A stretch of 64,000 nucleotides of DNA, taken from the NCBI GenBank assembly GCA_041661275.1, contig JBAZUU010000003.1:92833-156832 (forward strand), given 5' to 3'. Source of the DNA: Parcubacteria group bacterium. GTDB lineage: Bacteria > Patescibacteriota > Minisyncoccia > Moranbacterales > UBA2206. The translations under genes were made by a program, and so were the position numbers. Each line of letters begins with the position of its first letter. Positions within the stretch are counted from its first letter, which is position 1. Below are positions 58,501 to 64,000 of this stretch, one piece after another. The notes under the pieces are model-generated. The model searched no databases. It saw only the letters and a list, made by a program, of their open reading frames with translations, and was not told the DNA's origin.

Positions 58501-59811
58501 ATGTTGGCAATACTAGTATTTATTATCATTTTAGGAGTTTTGATTTTTGTTCACGAACTGGGTCATTTTGTGGTGGCAAGACGCAATGGAATTCGATGCT
58601 ATGAATTCGGTTTTGGTTTTCCTCCAAGATTTTTTGGCATCCAGTTTATAAAAGGTGAGCGGATGGAAAAAGTGAGTGAAGTGGAGGAGATGAAAGTAGA
58701 GGTAACAGATATAAAATCCGGAGATGAAGAGATTCTAACCGAAACAGTGACAGAAAAGATCCATAAAGTGGACAAATTGATGCCGGTCGGACGATGGAGA
58801 ATTATCTGGGGGCATGACGACGATGATGAGAATGAAAAAAGAGATTGGGATGAAATTGAAAAAAATAATTACAAACGTAGCACGATATATTCTCTCAACT
58901 GGATCCCGATCGGCGGGTTCGTGAAGATAAAAGGCGAGGACGGCGAGCATCGAGATGATCCGGACAGTTTTTCATCGCGCCCTGCTTGGACACGGACAAA
59001 AGTGCTCGCGGCCGGAGTGGCGATGAATTTTGTTCTGGCTTGGTTTCTGATATCTCTTGGACTTATGATTGGCGCTCCGCAGGCAGTGGAAGGAAACAAT
59101 GCTCCAGCTGACTCAAAGATCCAAATTGCCGAAATTGCCAAAAGCAGTCCGGCTGAAACAATGGGGCTAAAGATTGGAGATGAAATTTCCAAAGCGCAGG
59201 TTGCGCCCGATGGAAAAAATATAAGCCTAAAAAACATAGAAGAGGTTCAAAATTATATCAATTCAAATAAGGGTCAGGAAGTTACATTAAAAATAATCCG
59301 GGGAAAAGAAATATTGGATATAAAGGGGACTCCGAGGGCTGCGGCTCCGGAAGGGCAGGGGCCGCTGGGGATTGCTATGGCCGAGACGCAGCTGGTAAGT
59401 TATCCGTGGTATGAAGCTATTTGGAAAGGTTTAATTTTTACCGGAAATCTTATCGTTACTATTCTTGTCGCTTTTTATGGACTGCTCAAAAGCCTTATTA
59501 TGGGTCAGAGCGTCGGTGCGGCAGTAACTGGGCCGGTGGGAATAGCCGTTCTTACCAAAGACGTGACAAACTTGGGTCTGGTTTATATCCTGCAATTTGC
59601 CGCGGTACTCTCGGTGAATCTTGGCATAATAAACATTTTGCCTATCCCAGCGCTTGATGGCGGACGAATATTTTTTATCCTCATTGAAAAAATAAAAGGC
59701 AAACCGGTATCTCATAAAGTAGAACAAGCTTTTCACACCGCATTTTTTATGCTTCTTATCATGCTTATGCTGGCCGTTACTTTTCATGACGTGATGAAGT
59801 TGGCGAAATAA
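58501..59811 (+). CDS. rseP: RIP metalloprotease RseP (site-2 protease)
   Basis: HELGHF zinc motif, PDZ domain and LDGGR motif. The ORF-track start 58480 lies in the repeat. Confidence 0.8.
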   Translation: MLAILVFIIILGVLIFVHELGHFVVARRNGIRCYEFGFGFPPRFFGIQFIKGERMEKVSEVEEMKVEVTDIKSGDEEILTETVTEKIHKVDKLMPVGRWRIIWGHDDDDENEKRDWDEIEKNNYKRSTIYSLNWIPIGGFVKIKGEDGEHRDDPDSFSSRPAWTRTKVLAAGVAMNFVLAWFLISLGLMIGAPQAVEGNNAPADSKIQIAEIAKSSPAETMGLKIGDEISKAQVAPDGKNISLKNIEEVQNYINSNKGQEVTLKIIRGKEILDIKGTPRAAAPEGQGPLGIAMAETQLVSYPWYEAIWKGLIFTGNLIVTILVAFYGLLKSLIMGQSVGAAVTGPVGIAVLTKDVTNLGLVYILQFAAVLSVNLGIINILPIPALDGGRIFFILIEKIKGKPVSHKVEQAFHTAFFMLLIMLMLAVTFHDVMKLAK

Positions 59812-59860
59812 ATCGAAATAAATCGTTGCAAAAAAGCCTAATTTATGTTAAAGTGGCACT

Positions 59861-60286
59861 ATGAAAATTGACGTTAAAAAATTAAATAAGGGAGTTTTGG
59901 AACGGGGCATAAGGCTTGTTGTTTTATTTGGTTCTCAAGCCGAAAAAAAAGCCCGCAGTGATAGCGACTATGACATTGCTGTTTTAACAACAAACAAAAA
60001 AAATATAAAAGAACTTGATAATTATAATAATGCTCTGTTTTTTTTATGTGAAGCTTTGAATATTCCGGATTATAAAATGGACTTGACTAATTTAAACGAT
60101 GCCAGTCCTTTTTTGATGAACGAAATAACCAGATCTAGCCGGCTTATATTTGGAGATGGGGATGATTTTGCTGCTTTCAAAGCTAACGCGATGCGGGAAT
60201 ATATTGCTACGCGCGGCCTCAGGGAGTTGGAAGAAAAACTTATAATCAAGCGTCAAAAAATATTGGCGGAAAAAATTTATGCTTAG
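59861..60286 (+). CDS. MntA-type nucleotidyltransferase (antitoxin-like)
   Basis: VLFGSQAEKKARSDSDYDIAV, a GSx10DxD nucleotidyltransferase motif. Confidence 0.65.
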   Translation: MKIDVKKLNKGVLERGIRLVVLFGSQAEKKARSDSDYDIAVLTTNKKNIKELDNYNNALFFLCEALNIPDYKMDLTNLNDASPFLMNEITRSSRLIFGDGDDFAAFKANAMREYIATRGLRELEEKLIIKRQKILAEKIYA

Positions 60287-60740
60287 AAAGGATTTTATTA
60301 AAAAGAAAATAAGCCTTATTCAGGAAGAGCTTGGCAGACTGGTGGTTTTTAAGGATTTTACTCTCGAAGAAATCGCTGGAGATTTTTTCAAATATAATAC
60401 TCTCGAACGGTTGCTGGAAAAAATTATTATACGAGCTATAGATATAAATCAGCATATTATCGGAGAATTAGCTGACGAGAAAACCAAAGCTCCGGACAGC
60501 TATCGGGATACTTTTACGGAAATTACAAAATTTGAAGTTTATCCGAAAGAGTTTGGGGAAAAGATATCGCAAAGTGTGGGGACTAGAAATGTATTGGTTC
60601 ATGACTATGATGACGATGAAACTGATTATAAAAAAATTTATTATTCAGTAGGCGACTGTCTGAAGGAATATCATAAATATTGCGAATACATTTTGGAATT
60701 TTTGGAGAAAGGAAAAGCATCCGAAACCCGCCTTGTTTAA
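60279..60740 (+). CDS. HepT-like (DUF86) toxin
   Basis: RNVLVHDY matches the Rx4HxY motif. The start overlaps the upstream gene by 8 nt. Confidence 0.7.
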   Translation: MLRKDFIKKKISLIQEELGRLVVFKDFTLEEIAGDFFKYNTLERLLEKIIIRAIDINQHIIGELADEKTKAPDSYRDTFTEITKFEVYPKEFGEKISQSVGTRNVLVHDYDDDETDYKKIYYSVGDCLKEYHKYCEYILEFLEKGKASETRLV

Positions 60741-60819
60741 AATAGAAAAATCAAGAATTCAGCTCGTTTTGCTGTTTCGACACTCAATTTTAGATAGTGC
60801 AGTGAAAATTAATGAATAA

Positions 60820-60845
60820 AATGGCTTGTTATAGCCATTTTTTGT
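60820..60845 (+). terminator. hairpin terminator after hepT
   Basis: aaaatggcttgttatagccatttttt. Confidence 0.6.
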
Positions 60846-60971
60846 AACCAACCTTTACAAAAGTCGTTTTTGGGTGTATAATCACATATTCTTTCCAGCG
60901 CGGAGAGAATCTCTGACCTCGGGACGAGGGGTAAAAAAATTGGGCGAACGAGCCTAAAAAAGGAGACGAGT

Positions 60972-61895
60972 ATGGGTGATGTAAGAGAGGTTCTTGAAAA
61001 ACTGCAGGACTTGGATGCGGGAAAGCTGCTTGCATTAGTCGATGCTTTCCCTGGACAAAGAGCAGGACTGGATGCAGTTCTGCGTGGAGAAGAGCGAATT
61101 ATTCTCGAAAAAATAATTCGCAAACTCCTTGATAAAAGCGGACGCTGTATTCCCGCGCACCTTGGTATCACAGCCAGTGTGTGTGACGAGAACCGCGGTT
61201 TCCATGTCGAGCTTCCCAAGCTCAGCTACGCGGAAATTCGCGAGCGGACTGCCGGTTTTTTCCCGGGTACGGAAGTTGCTTCGGCGAATAAATTTGTAGA
61301 TGTAGCCGAAGTGCTTAGAGCGAAGTATGATAGCCACGAATTGGTGGGCAATTTCTTTCAGCGCGCTCGGCCGATTGTTCTGCCGAAGTGTGATGCGCGG
61401 GAAAACTACGGCTCATTAATGCAGAATTTCATCCTGCCGGCGGTGGAGCGGGCTTATAAGGACCAGTTTCCCAAGCGAAAATTCACAAATTACCGCAAAG
61501 GCGAACTGGATGGAAAAATCGCCATCATTTCCGATACCGGCCATGAAGAGTTGGTGTCGCTGATGGCCGAGGAATCAGTTGTCGCCTGGTATTCGCCGAA
61601 CCCGCTTCAGGGATTTTCTATCTTTGCCCAGCGTGAAGCGATGAAAATCCTTATGCGGCATGGAGGATTTGCATTGGCCGGCGGCGTGGACACGGGAACA
61701 GCGGTCGTCGCCTATACTGAAACGATGGCGCGCGATTTCAAAACCCCGGCCTATATCTGCAGCGCTCTTTCGTGGCGGTCCGCCGACGATTCGCTCTGCT
61801 TCGGCGCGGGCGGCGGCGGGTTCGGCTTCGGCGGCGCCGCCGGTCTCGCCGATGCGTACTACGACGGCTCTGGCGGCCTCGTCCTCTTCAGGTAG
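60972..61895 (+). CDS. DGR target (variable) protein; VR encodes the C-terminal about 40 residues
   Basis: 307-aa ORF in a GC-rich block. Its 3' end (61768-61896) is the variable repeat. Upstream are an extended -10 tgtataat at about 60872 and a GGAG RBS. Confidence 0.7.
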   Translation: MGDVREVLEKLQDLDAGKLLALVDAFPGQRAGLDAVLRGEERIILEKIIRKLLDKSGRCIPAHLGITASVCDENRGFHVELPKLSYAEIRERTAGFFPGTEVASANKFVDVAEVLRAKYDSHELVGNFFQRARPIVLPKCDARENYGSLMQNFILPAVERAYKDQFPKRKFTNYRKGELDGKIAIISDTGHEELVSLMAEESVVAWYSPNPLQGFSIFAQREAMKILMRHGGFALAGGVDTGTAVVAYTETMARDFKTPAYICSALSWRSADDSLCFGAGGGGFGFGGAAGLADAYYDGSGGLVLFR

Positions 61896-61896
61896 C
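61768..61896 (+). repeat. DGR variable repeat (VR)
   Basis: It aligns base-for-base with 62259-62387. About 24 of about 25 mismatches are at positions where the other copy has A. Confidence 0.85.
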
Positions 61897-62258
61897 GCGG
61901 GGGATTGTTCTTTGGAATTTTTTCTCTTGGGCCAGGTATTTTGGCTTTTGGTCTTTGGGAAAATGGGAGGCGCGGTGATTTTTCACCCCGCCTCTTTTTA
62001 TTTTTTCAAAAATTTGGTAAACTTATTTTGAGAGTAGGCTAATGCATCTTGATTTACGGATCAAGGTCGCCGAAATTGTATGATTCTTCATAGAGCATCA
62101 GAATCTTGCCGTTGCGACATTCCTGACTTTTCAGATTGCAAGAGCGTATGCGAAGATTTATAGGCGCTACTTATTTCTTTCCAGCGCTCAAAAGGGGCGG
62201 AATAAAATTCAGTCTTGCATAATTTTGCGGGGCAGTGAAACGGGCGGAAAGAAATAAA

Positions 62259-62387
62259 TTTCGTGGCAGTCCGCCGACTATTCGCTCAACTTCAACGCGA
62301 ACGACGACGAGTTCAACTTCGACAACACCGACAATCTCGCCGATGCGAACAACAACAACTCTGGCGGCCTCGTCCTCTTCAGGTAGC
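62259..62387 (+). repeat. DGR template repeat (TR)
   Basis: A-rich copy with four consecutive AAC codons. It shares the 3' 29 bp ctctggcggcctcgtcctcttcaggtagc with the VR. Confidence 0.85.
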
Positions 62388-62397
62388 ACCCAAAAAC

Positions 62398-62425
62398 AAG
62401 AGTCCCGTTTTTCGGGACTCTCATC
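62398..62425. terminator. hairpin after TR / downstream of avd (bidirectional)
   Basis: agagtcccgtttttcgggactct followed by a T-run. Confidence 0.55.
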
Positions 62426-62431
62426 TTTTTG

Positions 62432-62782
62432 CTAATTAAGCGATTTTTGCCATCCGCCGATCATCCGACCTATTTCCTGAATTTGTTTTTGCAACGCCAG
62501 ATATTTTTTGCTGTCCAGCATCTTTATATCATTGCCGAGCCGGATAAAAATTTTCAGCGTATCAAATTTTATATTCGCTTTTCTGATGTACGCGATCTTT
62601 TCCGGTTTTGACGCGCTTCCGGCGGCCAGCAAAAGCTCAAGAGTTTCGATGATATACATTTCGCATTTGCTTCCAAGAGTGTATTTGTCCTTTTTGGGAA
62701 ATAATTTTGAGTAGCTATAAAAACTTTTATATAGCTCATAAACCTTCTTTATAACCGGCAAATTATTATTGTAATCACTCAT
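62432..62782 (-). CDS. avd: DGR accessory variability determinant (Avd-like four-helix-bundle protein)
   Basis: FPKKDKYTLGSK...LLLAAGSA...LDSKKYLALQKQIQEIGRMIGGWQKSL fits the four-helix-bundle/Avd family. The likely start is MSDYNNN at 62782. Confidence 0.65.
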   Translation of the reverse strand: MSDYNNNLPVIKKVYELYKSFYSYSKLFPKKDKYTLGSKCEMYIIETLELLLAAGSASKPEKIAYIRKANIKFDTLKIFIRLGNDIKMLDSKKYLALQKQIQEIGRMIGGWQKSLN

Positions 62783-62786
62783 AAAT

Positions 62787-63882
62787 ATGTACGATAAATT
62801 AGTTAGCTTGGAAAACCTTTTTGTTTCCTGGAAAGAATTCAGGAAAGGAAAACAGAATAAAACTGATGTCCAGTTTTTTGAAAGATTTTTAGAGGATAAC
62901 ATTTTTGCTATCCATGAAGAATTAAAGAATCAATCTTATCGCCATGACAAATACAAAACTTTTTATATTCAAGACCCAAAACCGAGGATTATCAGTAAAG
63001 CAACGGCGAAAGACAGATTTGTCCATCACGTCGTTTCTCGTGAGCTATATGACGTTTTTGATTCTTCTTTTATATTCCATTCCTATTCTTCGAGGGAAGA
63101 AAGAGGAACTCATCTGGCTGTCAAAAATCTTTCAAAGTGTTTGAGACGAACGAGCAGAAATTATACTCGTCCGGCCTATGTTCTAAAATGTGACATCAGA
63201 AAATTCTTTGCCAGCATGGATCATAAAAAACTTCTGGAATTGATCGAGCGCAAAATTTCCGATAAGAACTTTTTGTGGCTGATTGAAGAAATAATCAACA
63301 GTTTTTCTTCAGGAGAAGCCTTGCAATTAGCGGAAAATGCTTGGGGGGGGGGCGTTAAAAGGTGGGAAAATTGGAAAAAAGGGACTTCCGATTGGCAACA
63401 TCACTTCGCAAATTTTTGCTAACATATATCTCAACGAGTTGGATTGGTTCATAAAAAGAAAGTTAAAAGTGAAAAATTATTTTCGCTATGCCGACGATTT
63501 TGTTATAGCCCATTGCGAAATTGGTTATTTGAAAGAAGCTTTGTCGCAAATAGACCATTTTTTGAAGAATAAATTAAAATTAGAGCTTCATCCTAATAAA
63601 GTCGAAATACGAAAATTTAGCCAGGGAATAGATTTTTTAGGATATGTTATCCTTCCTCATTATATAGTGTTGCGAACAAAAACCAAAAGGCGGATGATGA
63701 AAAAACTATCATTGAAACATAAGATGCTCCGAGAAGAGTTGGTTTCCGAAGAATCACTCAATCAAAGCGTTCAGTCGTATTTTGGGATACTAAAGCATTG
63801 CGAAGGGTATGGAATTGAGGGGAAAATATTGAGGTTAAAGAGGCAGAATATGGAACGTAGTTCAGTTTTTTTATTGTTTTGA
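62787..63882 (+). CDS. DGR reverse transcriptase, interrupted by a +1 frame change at a G10 homopolymer
   Basis: The first frame (62787..63422) reads ...IISKATAKDRFVHHVVSREL...CDIRKFFASMDH. The second frame (63337..63882) reads ...GLPIGNITSQIFANIYLNELD...RYADDFVIA. Removing one G rejoins them. Confidence 0.8.
63343..63352 (+). repeat. G10 homopolymer at the RT frame break
   Basis: Direct reading: ttgggggggggggcg. Confidence 0.9.
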
Positions 63883-64000
63883 CACTCATCGCTAATTAGC
63901 GTATTATATATAAGAAATAAGAATAAAAATAAAAAATATTACTCTAATTAAACAGACGTCTAGTAGTGTTTCTTTTTGTGTTTTTATCCCCCACCACCTT

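Noticed and set aside
60809-61337. Minus-strand ORFs (136 and 100 aa) overlapping the DGR target gene
   Set aside because: They lie antisense within a GC-rich coding region, where long spurious frames are expected. They have no RBS or motif support.
1-64000. Alternative genetic code (UGA sense)
   Set aside because: Several well-supported genes, including HlyD and porB, terminate at TGA exactly where homologues end. This is standard code 11.

Overview
This is a low-GC, gene-dense bacterial chromosome segment. Nearly all genes are on the + strand, the proteins are short and the intergenic spacers are AT-rich. That is consistent with a small Patescibacteria/CPR-like genome, but this is inference only. 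UGA is used as a stop codon, so the genetic code is the standard code 11.

The core genes I can read are:
- ispH, and an archaeal-type AspRS/AsnRS-like tRNA ligase;
- scpA-scpB;
- a D-Ala-D-Ala carboxypeptidase and mraY;
- the glycolysis block pgk-eno-gpmI;
- an ADP-forming acetyl-CoA synthetase and recJ;
- RNase HI and two NUDIX genes;
- a MacA/MacB-like ABC efflux set (HlyD adaptor, ATPase and two FtsX-like permeases);
- a four-subunit pyruvate:ferredoxin oxidoreductase (porGDAB);
- a rubrerythrin and a ZIP transporter;
- prfB, ftsEX, a histidine kinase and an LCP protein;
- the heat-shock block CIRCE-hrcA-grpE-dnaK-dnaJ;
- a PIN-PhoH protein, frr, rseP, and tRNA-Thr, tRNA-Gln and tRNA-Lys.

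The accessory content is unusually rich:
1. A complete diversity-generating retroelement (DGR) lies at about 60.9-63.9 kb. It has a target gene with a 3' variable repeat (VR), a template repeat (TR) 129 bp long in which about 24 of about 25 mismatches fall on TR adenines, an Avd-like four-helix-bundle gene, and a reverse transcriptase broken by a G10 homopolymer frameshift.
2. A family of about 135-170 bp hairpin (MITE-like) elements with 'CCGTCATyCtGAGCG' termini occurs in six copies wedged between genes. One larger copy carries a GIY-YIG (YhbQ/COG2827-like) nuclease gene.
3. Several other short repeat and 'word' families populate the spacers.
4. GC-rich islets carry a radical-SAM/SPASM-like enzyme with a small partner protein, and an antisense two-gene cassette between grpE and dnaK.
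5. There is a NUDIX-GrpE fusion, an AbiEii-like pair, a MntA/HepT pair, and a Fic gene flanked by a duplicated kinase 3' end.

All calls rest on reading the ORF translations and the DNA directly. No database search was run.
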